DNA of 64,000 nucleotides from Ignavibacteriota bacterium (GCA_963787835.1 CAWBEI010000002.1:476369-540368), one strand, 5' to 3'. Shown: positions 38,530 to 49,129, counted from the stretch's first letter. Numbers and translations are program-made. Notes: generated by a model not told the origin, from the sequence alone.

Positions 38530-40998
38530 TTACCGCATCAACACCACCGGCTGCGTCTCCACCTGCCCATTTATCCGAACGAGGCATTCATACATCCCCT
38601 GTGTAGCGCAGGCATTCTTGCCTGCGTCCCATGAGAAGTTATGCTCTCCAGCACCCAACTCACCCGAAAACAGCCGCGCAACCTCCACGCCAAGCATATT
38701 CACAATAGAGACCTCCGCATATCCGGCGGATTGCGAAGCGAAGCTGATTTGTGTGGATTGCGAGAATGGATTGGGCGCTGCCGTTACTATTGAAGAGAAC
38801 TCCGATTGTGGCTCAACTCCTGCTACCCCGTTAGCCGTACCGATAAGTGTAATGTTTATTCTCTTTGCTTCCGATACTATTCCAATGTTAGCAGTATAAA
38901 CTCCCGGTTGCGTTGGCGTGAATAGAACTTCGAACGTGAAGTGCTCGCCAGGATTTAGGATTACCTCACTTGATAGATCGCTGGTGATGAAAGCATTTTG
39001 CGATTGTGTAATCGGAAATGACTCGATAGTGACTGCCGCTTTTCCATCATTCGTTATAGTTACAAATTGCAAGGAATCTTTACCCACCGGGATGGTACCA
39101 AAGTTGATCGTGTCGGCACTTGCGCCTAAAATGTAAGGCGATGTAGTCATTTCGGAAAGTGGACGCCGCCAGATTGTGGGAGATGATGAACTGTAAGAGT
39201 TAATGGAATAAGCGCTGGCGTAGAGCATGCTCTCAAAGATCGTTAGGGCCCTAACGGAAGTATCTATCATTCCGGAGTCTTGTTCAACCCAATTATCTCC
39301 ATTATCATAAGAAACAAAAAATCCATTCTGGGAACCGGCAAAAAACATCGAGTCAAACGACATTATAGCTGAAATATCTTCCAAAGAATCACCTATAAGC
39401 ACCCAAACCTGGTTATGGATACTTGATCGATACATACCGGCAAAATCAGAAATCGCAAAAATAAAAGTATCGATTGAAGTCACAAATTTTAAGTCACCTT
39501 GTGGTGTACTATGTGAAACCCACGTCTGTCCTTCATCGCTCGAAATGAAAATTCCCCATATGACACCATAAGGAGGACTGGAACTCTCTACCATAATATC
39601 ATTTCCCGCCGCGCTGAGAGCTAATACTTGTAATTCAGATGACAACCCATTATTTGCCTCGTTCCATGTTGCTCCACTATCTGACGAGACAAATACACCA
39701 TTACTCTTGGTACCAGCAAAGAGTTTGGAATTTTTTGAAATAAGAGATACAACATAATCTGCCGGCAATCCACTGTCTCGAGGTATCCATGTATTTCCAT
39801 TGTCAGTGGTAAGAAATACTCCGTTCGACCCTGCGTAAAAATTAGGCCCAAGAGAAGCAATAGAAGAAATCGTGTTCAAAGTAGAATTTGCCAGTGCATG
39901 AACTCCATCCAGATAAAATGACCATGTATAACCGGAATCCTTCGATCGGAGAATAGCGCCGCCTACATTAGCGTAAAGAGTGTTGCCGCAAGGCATAAGC
40001 GAAGAAGCAGGTACGGATTCTCCCGTATTAGCAAGAACCCAACTTTTGCCAGTATCATACGAAATGAATACACCATAACTACCAGTACCAGCAAAAAGAG
40101 TTTCGCCATTGGAAGTAAGAGAAAGAATCCAATCCTGCGGTAGCGTGAGCGGACTTTGCCAACTCGATCCATCATCTGTGGAATAAAACAGACCTTGAGG
40201 CGTACCCGCAAGAATGGTATTACCCAAAATAGTCAGATTAATAATCTCTGTCCAACCAGGATTATTTGTTAGTGTTTCCCACGTAACTCCCAAATCGGAA
40301 GAGATTAAGATAGTACTGAGAGAGGTTCCAGCCAATAGATTTCTCCCGTCTGCTGAAAGACAAGCAATCTCAGATGCAGCCGATCCCGAATCGACATAGC
40401 TCCAATTATTTCCAAGATCCGAGGAGCGAAACAATTTTCCTGTATTCGTTCCCACAAAAAGGGACGAATCTATTACAGCAAAACCGGAAACCACATCACT
40501 GTATGGATTAATGTTTATACTATCGCTTACAATTTCCCATGTAAGTCCTTGATCCGTGGAACGTTCAATGTCGGTTGTCGGCGGGACAGTGGTATTAGTT
40601 CCCACAAAAATGGCACCATCACTGCCTATATATGAACTTATATACGGGCTTTCAGCTTGCATTTTTCCTCTCTTTATCCATTCGGAACTACTGTCAGACC
40701 AGAGGTATATGGCAGAATCGGTAGAGAGCAAGATTATGCCACCGCCGCCTATCAGTGCAGTATTGCCGCCGAGACTGATGCCTTTATTTGAAGGTATCCA
40801 GTTTAAACCATGATCAGTTGTTCGGGAGAGTCCGTACCCTGCAGCGAATACGAAAGTTTCTTGTTCGTTTGAAGCTGAAGTTTGTATCTCTCCTCCATAA
40901 AGCCCATTCATCGGCTGCCACTGCGCGCGCAGCACACACGTCGGCATCACCGCAAGTGCGGCGAAAAGAGCGAGAGTAAGAAGACGTTTCGGGAACAT
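38530..40998 (-). CDS. Secreted BNR-repeat (sialidase/Ycf48-like beta-propeller) protein with a T9SS type-A C-terminal sorting domain
   Basis: Signal peptide, at least ten S-x-D-x-G-x-(T/S/N)-W motifs (STDQGLTWE, SSDLGVTWE, SYDTGKSWV…), and the C-terminus …GMYECLVRINGQVETQPVVLMR. Confidence 0.75.
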   Translation of the reverse strand: MFPKRLLTLALFAALAVMPTCVLRAQWQPMNGLYGGEIQTSASNEQETFVFAAGYGLSRTTDHGLNWIPSNKGISLGGNTALIGGGGIILLSTDSAIYLWSDSSSEWIKRGKMQAESPYISSYIGSDGAIFVGTNTTVPPTTDIERSTDQGLTWEIVSDSININPYSDVVSGFAVIDSSLFVGTNTGKLFRSSDLGNNWSYVDSGSAASEIACLSADGRNLLAGTSLSTILISSDLGVTWETLTNNPGWTEIINLTILGNTILAGTPQGLFYSTDDGSSWQSPLTLPQDWILSLTSNGETLFAGTGSYGVFISYDTGKSWVLANTGESVPASSLMPCGNTLYANVGGAILRSKDSGYTWSFYLDGVHALANSTLNTISSIASLGPNFYAGSNGVFLTTDNGNTWIPRDSGLPADYVVSLISKNSKLFAGTKSNGVFVSSDSGATWNEANNGLSSELQVLALSAAGNDIMVESSSPPYGVIWGIFISSDEGQTWVSHSTPQGDLKFVTSIDTFIFAISDFAGMYRSSIHNQVWVLIGDSLEDISAIMSFDSMFFAGSQNGFFVSYDNGDNWVEQDSGMIDTSVRALTIFESMLYASAYSINSYSSSSPTIWRRPLSEMTTSPYILGASADTINFGTIPVGKDSLQFVTITNDGKAAVTIESFPITQSQNAFITSDLSSEVILNPGEHFTFEVLFTPTQPGVYTANIGIVSEAKRINITLIGTANGVAGVEPQSEFSSIVTAAPNPFSQSTQISFASQSAGYAEVSIVNMLGVEVARLFSGELGAGEHNFSWDAGKNACATQGMYECLVRINGQVETQPVVLMR

Positions 40999-41049
40999 GG
41001 TTTGCTACATTGCAAAGCCGCACGGGAAGTTAAAAGTGCCCGATAATCA

Positions 41050-41442
41050 CTATTCGAGGATGGTAATTTTGATCGGAGAATCAATGCCGCGAAAGTGACG
41101 ATCGATCGTGATAAACTCCAGTCCGAAAAGCTCCGCTACAGCAAGTTGGTATGCATCGTCGAATCCTAAGCGATGCCGCTGGTGGATCGCAATTAAAAGA
41201 GAATATTCGGTCGAGGGCAATGCGAGCAAATAGTTCCGTACGAGCACATCGTTCAGGAACGCCTGAAAGAGCATTGCCTTTTGCTGGCCGAGCAGTGTGA
41301 CTCCGATAGAGTGTAATGCAAAATCGGTAAGCGCGGACACTCCACGATATTGGCGTAACAGATCTTCGCATACGCTCCAACGCTTCTGCTCCAGCAGAAC
41401 TTCGAGAAAAATGTTGGTGTCTATCAGGATTCGAGCCGCCAC
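41050..41442 (-). CDS. vapC: PIN-domain toxin (VapC-like)
   Basis: …ILIDTNIFLE… N-terminal Asp and a C-terminal …GLEFITIDRHF… acidic motif. Confidence 0.8.
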   Translation of the reverse strand: MAARILIDTNIFLEVLLEQKRWSVCEDLLRQYRGVSALTDFALHSIGVTLLGQQKAMLFQAFLNDVLVRNYLLALPSTEYSLLIAIHQRHRLGFDDAYQLAVAELFGLEFITIDRHFRGIDSPIKITILE

Positions 41443-41666
41443 TCGGATGCCTTATGCTGAAGTTCGACGGACGTGTAGTGATCGCGGAGTTCCTTGAGTC
41501 CTCCGGCCCAGTCGAACGAGTAATCGTCATTCGTCTTTTGCAGCCGTCGTGCTGCGCGGAGCTTTTCTGCAAAGTGCTCCAATTGTGAGCGAGCCTCCGA
41601 AGGCAGCTCTTCAAATATTTCGACTAATTCACGCGTGCTCATCTTCATTAAAGCAAACACTTCCAT
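41424..41666 (-). CDS. Putative antitoxin (VapB-like) of the PIN toxin
   Basis: 80-aa ORF overlapping the toxin start by 19 nt. Classic upstream-antitoxin arrangement. Confidence 0.5.
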   Translation of the reverse strand: MEVFALMKMSTRELVEIFEELPSEARSQLEHFAEKLRAARRLQKTNDDYSFDWAGGLKELRDHYTSVELQHKASEWRLES

Positions 41667-41820
41667 GCACTAAGGGTTCCTTCTATACATTCGTCTGCAT
41701 CTCTGCGCATGATGCATAAGTTCATTCAGAAATTATGGAGATGGTAAATAGTCATTCCCGCTTTCGCGGGAATGACACGAATCCATCTGCGTAATCCGCT
41801 TTAATCCGCGTAATCCAGGT

Positions 41821-42369
41821 TTACAATCCGAAATTCAGCGTGGCGATCCCACCCCATCCGGTGATCGGCGCAACGCCGTTGGATTCGCCGATGTAATTGA
41901 CTCCGATGCCGAGCGAGAGCATTTCGGGAACGATCTCGAATTGATACTGCGCCTGCGCATCGTACGCAAGGGAGTTATACGACGAGATGTTCGTGGAGAT
42001 CGAAGTCGGTATGCTTGGCGGCTGCGACGTAGTGGCTCCAAAGCCCACTGCACCCGAAACCATGATATGGAATAAGGTAAAATCCCCACCGCCGAGAATT
42101 CCATTCTCGCGAACAAAGGCATTGCTCTTGCCCCAATCGACATGCCGGTATTCAAGGAAGAACGTCATGAATGAGCCTCGCACGGCGAAGAAATCGTTCG
42201 TGCCAAATCCTACGGAACCGACACCCGAAAGGCTGGAGGTTTGCCCGCCTCCGATGGCAGTAGCGCTGATCACAGCACCCGGCACCTGCGCGTACGCCTC
42301 ATCGATAAACGAGCTTGTTATGCTTAATGTGAGGAAAAAGAAGAGAGTTAGAACTAATAGCTTTTTCAT
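41821..42369 (-). CDS. Small outer-membrane beta-barrel protein (OmpW/OmpA-barrel-like)
   Basis: Signal peptide plus alternating beta-strand pattern, ending …ATLNFGL. Confidence 0.45.
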   Translation of the reverse strand: MKKLLVLTLFFFLTLSITSSFIDEAYAQVPGAVISATAIGGGQTSSLSGVGSVGFGTNDFFAVRGSFMTFFLEYRHVDWGKSNAFVRENGILGGGDFTLFHIMVSGAVGFGATTSQPPSIPTSISTNISSYNSLAYDAQAQYQFEIVPEMLSLGIGVNYIGESNGVAPITGWGGIATLNFGL

Positions 42370-42423
42370 AATGATCGGTTTTTGGTATATCTTGTCATAC
42401 GCGACAAGTGCTGTGCCGATTCA

Positions 42424-42948
42424 TCATTGCTGAAATGGCTTCGTGACAAATTGTTCAGACTTCCCCCGTGGTATAGAAAGCGTTTTCCATTCGGAACCCT
42501 TCAAATGCTTACCAATATACACAATCTGTCCTACATGGTAGCCATAATGGCTGATCTGCCGTAGGATCGCCTCCATCACCGTGTGGGATTCACTACGAAT
42601 GAAAATTTCTTTATCGAGATCGCTGTCGGTCAGCGGGCGGATCGCAGAGAAAACGAGATCCCAGCCAGCACCCCAACGCTTCTGCAATTCATCGAGCGAT
42701 AAGCGTTGCTCGATAAATTCCCCATCGCGGTTGCGATCTGGCTTTTCACCATCGCTCGTGAGGAAATCGGTAAAACGAGAGATCATGTTGCCATACAGAT
42801 GCTGCACGATGATGGCGATAGAATTCGATTCCGCGTCGGGCGACCAATGGATCTGTTCGTCGTTCAATTGCTCCAATGTTTTCGTTCCAAGCGAATGAAG
42901 CTGCTCGAACCGGTCGAGCGAAAGAGTAAGGAAAGTTTTGTCGTTCAT
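42424..42948 (-). CDS. DinB/YfiT-like (DUF1572-type) four-helix-bundle metal-dependent protein
   Basis: …IHWSPDAESNSIAIIVQHLYGNM… and …HYGYHVGQIVYIGKHL… histidine motifs. Confidence 0.5.
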   Translation of the reverse strand: MNDKTFLTLSLDRFEQLHSLGTKTLEQLNDEQIHWSPDAESNSIAIIVQHLYGNMISRFTDFLTSDGEKPDRNRDGEFIEQRLSLDELQKRWGAGWDLVFSAIRPLTDSDLDKEIFIRSESHTVMEAILRQISHYGYHVGQIVYIGKHLKGSEWKTLSIPRGKSEQFVTKPFQQ

Positions 42949-42983
42949 AATTATTTGTTATTCTTAATCTGATTGGCAGCGGC

Positions 42984-43595
42984 TCACGAGCGAAAGAACA
43001 GGCCCAGTCCGAAGACTCCTTCCATGAACGTGACCGAATTTCGTCCGTATGCCTGAATGCGGTTCATCCCAACGTACTCCCGGAATTCCACATAGAATAA
43101 TTGGTCCGACCATCCGGCGCCAGCCGTCACTACCGGCGAGGAAAAAGTCGCCGCACCATAGTATTGTTTTAACGCGATGTTACTTGCGGAATCGGTAGTT
43201 CCCAAAGCATATCCGGCCCCGGCGCTGGCGAATACGTTATTCAAGAAATAGTATCGCAGCACCAGACTATTGATCTCGACGCTGCTCGAATAGCTTAAGT
43301 TCTCATAGCTATACGGATCGGCCAGGATCGAATGCTCATACCGATAGACGCACTCGAACCGCCCAAGAAAGCTCATGCCGCCTGTGAGTTCCCAATGCGG
43401 AATAATGAGCGGGATCTGTCGCGAGGGCGAAACAATGCCGACCCCAAGCGCAAGATACACATGTGGATGGAAGCCGGACGCGGTATCCGGAAAAGGACGC
43501 GATCCGTCGTCCGCATTAAAATTGAATTGTGCAAAGCTTGACCGTGCTGAGAGCGCGATCAATAAGCAGGATCCGATAATAACCCTTTTCATCAT
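42984..43595 (-). CDS. Hypothetical secreted / outer-membrane protein
   Basis: Signal peptide MKRVIIGSCLLIALSARSSFAQ and a beta-rich C-terminus. Confidence 0.4.
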   Translation of the reverse strand: MMKRVIIGSCLLIALSARSSFAQFNFNADDGSRPFPDTASGFHPHVYLALGVGIVSPSRQIPLIIPHWELTGGMSFLGRFECVYRYEHSILADPYSYENLSYSSSVEINSLVLRYYFLNNVFASAGAGYALGTTDSASNIALKQYYGAATFSSPVVTAGAGWSDQLFYVEFREYVGMNRIQAYGRNSVTFMEGVFGLGLFFRS

Positions 43596-44191
43596 TGTCC
43601 TGCAAAACTTCCCACATCCCAATCCTTCTTTGCCAATTCACTGCGGAAATGCTGAACGTACATCAGATAATTCGTCGAGCCATCGAGGACCATCTTGCGC
43701 TCATACTCATTGAGCGGACGCAAAATCTTCGCGGGAATACCCGCGACAAGCATTCCCGGCGGCACGACGGTCCCGCCGAGCACAACAGCCCCGGCTGCTA
43801 CCAACGATTCTTCACCGATCACCGCGCGGTCGAGCACGACGGCGTTCATGCCGATGAGCGCCCGATCTTTAACAGTGCAGCCATGCAGCACCGCGCCATG
43901 ACCAACGGTCACTGCTTCACCGACCCATGTAGGATTCGAGAAATTGGTAACATGGATCGTCGCGTTATCCTGAATATTGGTATCCTTCCCAATGCGAATG
44001 CGCTCGACATCCCCGCGAATAACCACATTGAACCACACGCTCACGTTCTCGGCGAGTTCCACATCGCCAATGACTCGTGAACCAGCCGCAAGAAAAACAC
44101 TTTCGTGGACTTTGGGAATTTTACCGTCGAACGCATAGAGCTTGCCGGTCTCAACGGATGATTCAATGGGGAGTAGTTCTATTTCGCGCAT
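43592..44191 (-). CDS. Gamma-class carbonic anhydrase-like / hexapeptide-repeat (LbH) protein
   Basis: Left-handed beta-helix hexapeptide repeats with His ligands (…VWFNVVIRGD…IGKDTNIQDNATIH…). Confidence 0.8.
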   Translation of the reverse strand: MREIELLPIESSVETGKLYAFDGKIPKVHESVFLAAGSRVIGDVELAENVSVWFNVVIRGDVERIRIGKDTNIQDNATIHVTNFSNPTWVGEAVTVGHGAVLHGCTVKDRALIGMNAVVLDRAVIGEESLVAAGAVVLGGTVVPPGMLVAGIPAKILRPLNEYERKMVLDGSTNYLMYVQHFRSELAKKDWDVGSFAGQ

Positions 44192-44224
44192 GATATTATG
44201 AACAACAGGCCGTGCAGTGGGCGT

Positions 44225-45163
44225 TCAGCTTCTCGATCGGGCTTTTGGCGCGTGTTTGACGCTCCCAGCAGCATCGTTTGATGGGCCCCTGCGCGTGCGA
44301 GGGATTCTTACAAGCCCATGCCGCTCCTTATAAAGCCATCCCACTTCCGCACCAATGAGAAATGCAAGACTGGCATAGTATAACCACAGTGCAATACCGG
44401 CGAGAAACGCGTAGGTCCCATAGAGCGTCCGAATGGAACTGATATGTGTCATGTAATACACGAACAATAAGCGCATGGCTTCCGTAAGGATGACGGACGT
44501 TGCAGCAGAAACATAGATCACCTTTCTCGGTAGCCGTTCATGCGGTAGCATCCAAAATAACACTCCATACAGCACGATCGAAACAGCGAGCGTCAGGAAG
44601 CGTGGCACCGTCGTATTTACGATCGCGGCGAGCCATTGCGGCAGCACTTCCGATCCAAGCCGCTGCATCAAATTTACTACGGGCGAAAGAAAGGTTGAAG
44701 TGAGCAAGAGCACAAGAACGAGGATGATCAGAACAAAATCCAGCAGCTTTTGAAAGACCATGTTCTTCTTCGCGTTCTGGTGAAAGACAATATTGACCGA
44801 CGTGCGCAGCGTCGAGAACAGGATGCTCGCCAGCCAAAAAAGCGTTATCCCGCCGACAATTCCGGCAATGGTACTATTGTGGCCCATTTTCGAAAGCTCA
44901 CCCACTAACCACGCCCGAACGTCATGCGCGCTGATCGGGATGGGAAACGATGCCGCCACATAGCTGACCACATACCCTACCGCTCGGCCTCTTGAAAGAG
45001 CTGCTGAGAAAAAATAAAAGATCACAAGAGAAAGTGGCAGCACGCAATACAGCACGTTGAATGCAATACCCGCCGCCAACAGGAAATAGTGATCCTCGTC
45101 AGCATGTTTATAGATGCCTACGATGTAATACCTGATCGATTTTGCGATGCGGGTTAGATTCAT
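44225..45163 (-). CDS. YihY/BrkB family inner-membrane protein
   Basis: …HYFLLAAGIAFNVLYCVLPL… plus a six-TM topology. Start set at the internal Met (MNLTRIAKS). Confidence 0.65.
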   Translation of the reverse strand: MNLTRIAKSIRYYIVGIYKHADEDHYFLLAAGIAFNVLYCVLPLSLVIFYFFSAALSRGRAVGYVVSYVAASFPIPISAHDVRAWLVGELSKMGHNSTIAGIVGGITLFWLASILFSTLRTSVNIVFHQNAKKNMVFQKLLDFVLIILVLVLLLTSTFLSPVVNLMQRLGSEVLPQWLAAIVNTTVPRFLTLAVSIVLYGVLFWMLPHERLPRKVIYVSAATSVILTEAMRLLFVYYMTHISSIRTLYGTYAFLAGIALWLYYASLAFLIGAEVGWLYKERHGLVRIPRTRRGPSNDAAGSVKHAPKARSRS

Positions 45164-45298
45164 TTGCTTCAAAAATACGACACCGCCACGCTTATCATCC
45201 TGAGCGGAGCAAATCAGGGTCACATTAACTCATTTCATATTATCAAATCTTTTCCTTACGGATTGCTGTTTTCTCATACTTCGTTATTTTACGCTACT

Positions 45299-48200
45299 AT
45301 GAACCATCGTCTCCTACTCTTCGTCGCTACATTTCTTCTCTCTATTCCAGCTCTTCGCGCATCTGCGCAACAGCCGGACACGATCGTCGTGCAAACTCTC
45401 ACCTTTGATTCGATCGGCCGCGCCGGATACTATCAATTCCCGGATACGGGTTCGTTCGAGAAAGTGATCATGCAATACACGATGCGCTGCCATAATGCGC
45501 TCATTTCCAACGATAACAGCCCCAATCAAGGCTGCGGCCAATGGGATTACAACTGCGAATCCTACATCTGGGACTCGACTCGAACCGATTCGCTACTCAA
45601 TTATGCCCCTTCCGCGATCATTTCCAATTACCCGGAGTATGCCAAATTCTCATACACTACGATAGGGACTTCATCCATCACACGAAGAGACGAGAAGCTC
45701 GTAAGCTATCCAGCCGGAACAACGTTTATCTCGGTTACCGGCGATACCACACAAACAATTCCGGTATGGCATCAGGAATGGACTAAACCGTATCAGCGAA
45801 CGCTCTACGTTTTGCCTGCAAGTAAGAACGTGTGGAGAGGCGTGAAAAATGCTTCGCTCATCCAGGGGCTCATCTATAAATCAGGAATAGGTTCGATGTA
45901 CGATTTCCGGATCAGGATGCACACCGTTAAGCCAGGCACCTACAATACATTATCTATTTTCGCAGACACCAGTTTTGTAGAGGTCTTTCATGCTTCGACC
46001 CTTTACACATCAAAACCTGATACGCTCTTTTTTTACAATCCGTTCAAGTGGGATACTACTTCGGACGTCGTGATGGAACTAAGCTATGCGGGCACTGGAA
46101 GCCAAAATGCCGACACGTCCTCCGAATCGGCGCTCAGTTTTGCAGGCTCCGAATTTGTGCCGGTTCCCGCTACCGCGCTCAACCAGATCTACGATCACGT
46201 CTCCATCGCTTTTTGGGCCTACGGCGACACCAGCTACCTCCCCGGTACTAATTGCGTCTTTGCGGAAGGCCTGGACAATTTGAAAAACAGACAGATCAAC
46301 ATTCATCTTCCCTGGAGCGATGGAAACGTATATTGGGATTGCGGCGGTGATTCGCTTGGGAACTACGACCGCATCCAGCAAGCACTTCCGAAACGGTATG
46401 CCGCAGGCAGATGGAACCATTGGGTCTTCACCAAAGACGCCATCGCGGGCAAAATGTCGATCTATTTGAATGGAGCACTGTGGTTAAGCGATACCGGAAT
46501 GCACCGACCCATTCATGCAACAGAAATGCTGCTCGGCGGCGCAGCAAGTTCCGGAATAGGGTACTATGGCGATGTACGCCAATTTGCGATGTTCGATGCG
46601 GTGCTTGATTCGAGCCAGGTCACGCAGATCATGATGCAGGATAGTGCGATACCCGCACTTCAGCCCGTCACGTATTTCAAGTTAAATGAGGGTTCTGGCG
46701 GAACTATCGCAAATGCTGCATACCTGATGCCGAACTCGAGCGTCATCGGAGTTCCAGTCTGGCACTTCGTAAACGCGAAGGATCTCCCGAATAATTTTGG
46801 TGCTTCGAGCTTCCAACCATCGTTCGTATTCCCTAATGTTACCGTCCTGCAACTTTCCGATTCTGCAAAACCACAGATCGCGGACCATTATACCTACGAT
46901 ACCATTCCCGATCATGCACATATCGTATCGAACTATGCCATCGGCCACAACTATGCATTCAATGCGAACGACAGCGTGTATGCAACCGATACGATCTATG
47001 GAGATTATCTCGCTACAAAATCCTACACGTATGACGAGAGCGGAAATAAAGTGGATTCGGTAAATGTCGCCGCGCAGGACACGGTACGCCCCGACACCCT
47101 CTTTTATTTCACGCGTGGACCGCAAAAATTCGAATTGATGTCATTCGTCACTCCGTATGGACTTGGCCTGGATCTTGGCAAGACCGGCAAAATGTGGGAA
47201 TTCGATGTGACCGATTACCTTCCTATCATGAAAGGATGGCATCGCCTAACAATGGAGCGCGGCTCCGGCCAGGAAGAGTTCGACCTTAAGTTCCTATTCA
47301 TTAAGGGAACCCCCGCACGAAACGTGATCGATCTGGATCAAATCTGGCCGATGACAGAGGAGAATTATCAAACCATCCAGTCCAACTTGCGCTATCAGCC
47401 GCTTTCTGTCTATCTTGAGCCAAGCGCAAAGGCATACAAATTGCGTTCTTATATCACCGGCCACGGTCAGCAAGGGGAATTTATTCCGCAGACGCATTAT
47501 ATTTCAGTCGATAACACGAAGTACGAACGGCTTGTCTATAAAATATGCTCGCTCGATCCGCTCTATCCACAAGGAGGAACATGGACGTACGACCGTTCTG
47601 GATGGTGTCCCGGCATGGCGACCGATCTCGCTGAATATGAGATCACGGGAACCGTTACACCCGGAGATTCTGTGACGATCGACTATGGAGTAGAGCCAGG
47701 GCCTACCGGCGATTCACGCTATGACCCCGGTACGCAACTTGTCAGTTACGGCCCACCCAATTTTACACTCGACGCTGCCATTGTGAACATTCAGCGGCCA
47801 TCGCCACTCATTGCGTATGGGCGTATCAATCCTGCCTGCGACCGTCCCATTGTGTTCATCAAAAATAATGGCTCCCAAACGCTGACCTCACTTCAATTCG
47901 ATTATTATGTCGATAACGGGCCGCACGAAACTTTCCAATGGACGGGCAGTCTTCCGTTTTTGGATACAGCATCCGTTACACTTCCTGTGGACTCCCTGAA
48001 TTTTTGGACTTCCGCAGATTCGGGCGGTTTCCACGTCGATATTTCCAAACCCAACGGCGGCACCGATCAATACGATCAGGACGATCATTACTCTACTTCG
48101 TACAAACAACCTCCGGCGTATAACGGCATCGTGGTCGTAAATTTATATACCAACAACGACCCACAGGATAATTATTATGAAGTCCTCGATCATGATGGCG

Positions 48201-48733
48201 ACACCGTATTCTCGAATGGTAACTTCGATGCAACAACCTCCTATTACGATTCACTGATCCTTCCGGTCGGTTGCTATACTCTCGTCTTCCATGATGACGG
48301 CGAGGATGGACTTTCCTATTGGGCCAACCCGGATCAAGGAAACGGATACCTTAGGCTTCGGCAAACCTCAAAGACAGGAAAAATTCTTAATACATTCAAT
48401 CCCGATTTTGGTATGGGCGTCCAGTATGATTTTTCAATTGTTAGCTCGCCACTTGCCGTTGGAACAACCCAACCCCAGTTCCGGCATGTTGGGCTTTACC
48501 CAAATCCTACGGCTGGCGAACTCAATATCGATCTCGAAGGAATGCCGGATGGGATGATCACGCTGGAGGTGATCGACGCGACCGGGCGAACACTCCGACG
48601 AGAGCAGCGATTCACCGATCCTTTAGGAGCGCTGCACTCCGGCATGGATCTAACTGGAATCCCCGCAGGAAACTACTTCTTGCGAGTTACCACCACCGAC
48701 GGCCAAACAACTCAGAATTTCGTAGTGGAATAG
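45299..48733 (+). CDS. Large secreted T9SS cargo protein with a concanavalin/LamG-like lectin region
   Basis: Signal peptide MNHRLLLFVATFLLSIPALRASAQ. …WNHWVFTKDAIAGKMSIYLNGALWLSD… is LamG-like. The C-terminus is a type-A sorting domain …GNYFLRVTTTDGQTTQNFVVE. Start set at ATG 45299. Confidence 0.75.
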   Translation: MNHRLLLFVATFLLSIPALRASAQQPDTIVVQTLTFDSIGRAGYYQFPDTGSFEKVIMQYTMRCHNALISNDNSPNQGCGQWDYNCESYIWDSTRTDSLLNYAPSAIISNYPEYAKFSYTTIGTSSITRRDEKLVSYPAGTTFISVTGDTTQTIPVWHQEWTKPYQRTLYVLPASKNVWRGVKNASLIQGLIYKSGIGSMYDFRIRMHTVKPGTYNTLSIFADTSFVEVFHASTLYTSKPDTLFFYNPFKWDTTSDVVMELSYAGTGSQNADTSSESALSFAGSEFVPVPATALNQIYDHVSIAFWAYGDTSYLPGTNCVFAEGLDNLKNRQINIHLPWSDGNVYWDCGGDSLGNYDRIQQALPKRYAAGRWNHWVFTKDAIAGKMSIYLNGALWLSDTGMHRPIHATEMLLGGAASSGIGYYGDVRQFAMFDAVLDSSQVTQIMMQDSAIPALQPVTYFKLNEGSGGTIANAAYLMPNSSVIGVPVWHFVNAKDLPNNFGASSFQPSFVFPNVTVLQLSDSAKPQIADHYTYDTIPDHAHIVSNYAIGHNYAFNANDSVYATDTIYGDYLATKSYTYDESGNKVDSVNVAAQDTVRPDTLFYFTRGPQKFELMSFVTPYGLGLDLGKTGKMWEFDVTDYLPIMKGWHRLTMERGSGQEEFDLKFLFIKGTPARNVIDLDQIWPMTEENYQTIQSNLRYQPLSVYLEPSAKAYKLRSYITGHGQQGEFIPQTHYISVDNTKYERLVYKICSLDPLYPQGGTWTYDRSGWCPGMATDLAEYEITGTVTPGDSVTIDYGVEPGPTGDSRYDPGTQLVSYGPPNFTLDAAIVNIQRPSPLIAYGRINPACDRPIVFIKNNGSQTLTSLQFDYYVDNGPHETFQWTGSLPFLDTASVTLPVDSLNFWTSADSGGFHVDISKPNGGTDQYDQDDHYSTSYKQPPAYNGIVVVNLYTNNDPQDNYYEVLDHDGDTVFSNGNFDATTSYYDSLILPVGCYTLVFHDDGEDGLSYWANPDQGNGYLRLRQTSKTGKILNTFNPDFGMGVQYDFSIVSSPLAVGTTQPQFRHVGLYPNPTAGELNIDLEGMPDGMITLEVIDATGRTLRREQRFTDPLGALHSGMDLTGIPAGNYFLRVTTTDGQTTQNFVVE

Positions 48734-48764
48734 AAAACTCTATAAAAAGGATGTTTTCGTATTC

Positions 48765-48910
48765 TGTCATTGCGAGAAGGAATCACGGAGCGATAGCGGA
48801 GTAATTCCGACGAAGCAATCTCTTCACTTCGAGACTGAGATTGCTTCGTCTCCTTCGGCCAGCATCGTCGGCGATGCGCCTCCGGTCGCCGAATGCTCCT
48901 CGCAATGACA
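48765..48910. mobile_element. MITE-like element (146 bp) with 12-bp perfect terminal inverted repeats (TGTCATTGCGAG…CTCGCAATGACA) and an internal 14-bp-stem hairpin
   Basis: Terminal repeats at 48765-48776 and 48899-48910. Internal GACGAAGCAATCTC…GAGATTGCTTCGTC. No coding capacity. Confidence 0.5.
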
Positions 48911-49056
48911 TTATGCTAAAGGAACCGAAGGGCACGGCTTTTTGTCTATTCGCGCTCTGGGAATGCTGTCCGGTAGGATTTTCTTGATCCTTCCGGCTTT
49001 TTTTTGGAAAATAAGCAGATTTCAGCGAATATCTAAGTGACACGGGCGGGCAACGC

Positions 49057-49129
49057 GCGGGAGTAACTCAGTTGGTAGAGTCACAGCCTTCCAAGCTGTT
49101 GGTCGCGGGTTCGAGTCCCGTCTCCCGCT
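49057..49129 (+). tRNA. tRNA-Gly (anticodon TCC)
   Basis: Acceptor GCGGGAG/CTCCCGC, anticodon loop CTTCCAA, T-loop TTCGAGT. Confidence 0.8.

Noticed and set aside
41081-41614. 177-aa ORF overlapping both vapC and its antitoxin
   Set aside because: Alternative frame of the toxin-antitoxin pair with no motifs. The PIN and antitoxin frames are better supported.
48783-49043. 86-aa minus-strand ORF
   Set aside because: Spans the MITE-like palindromic element and non-coding DNA. Low-complexity Arg/Ser composition.
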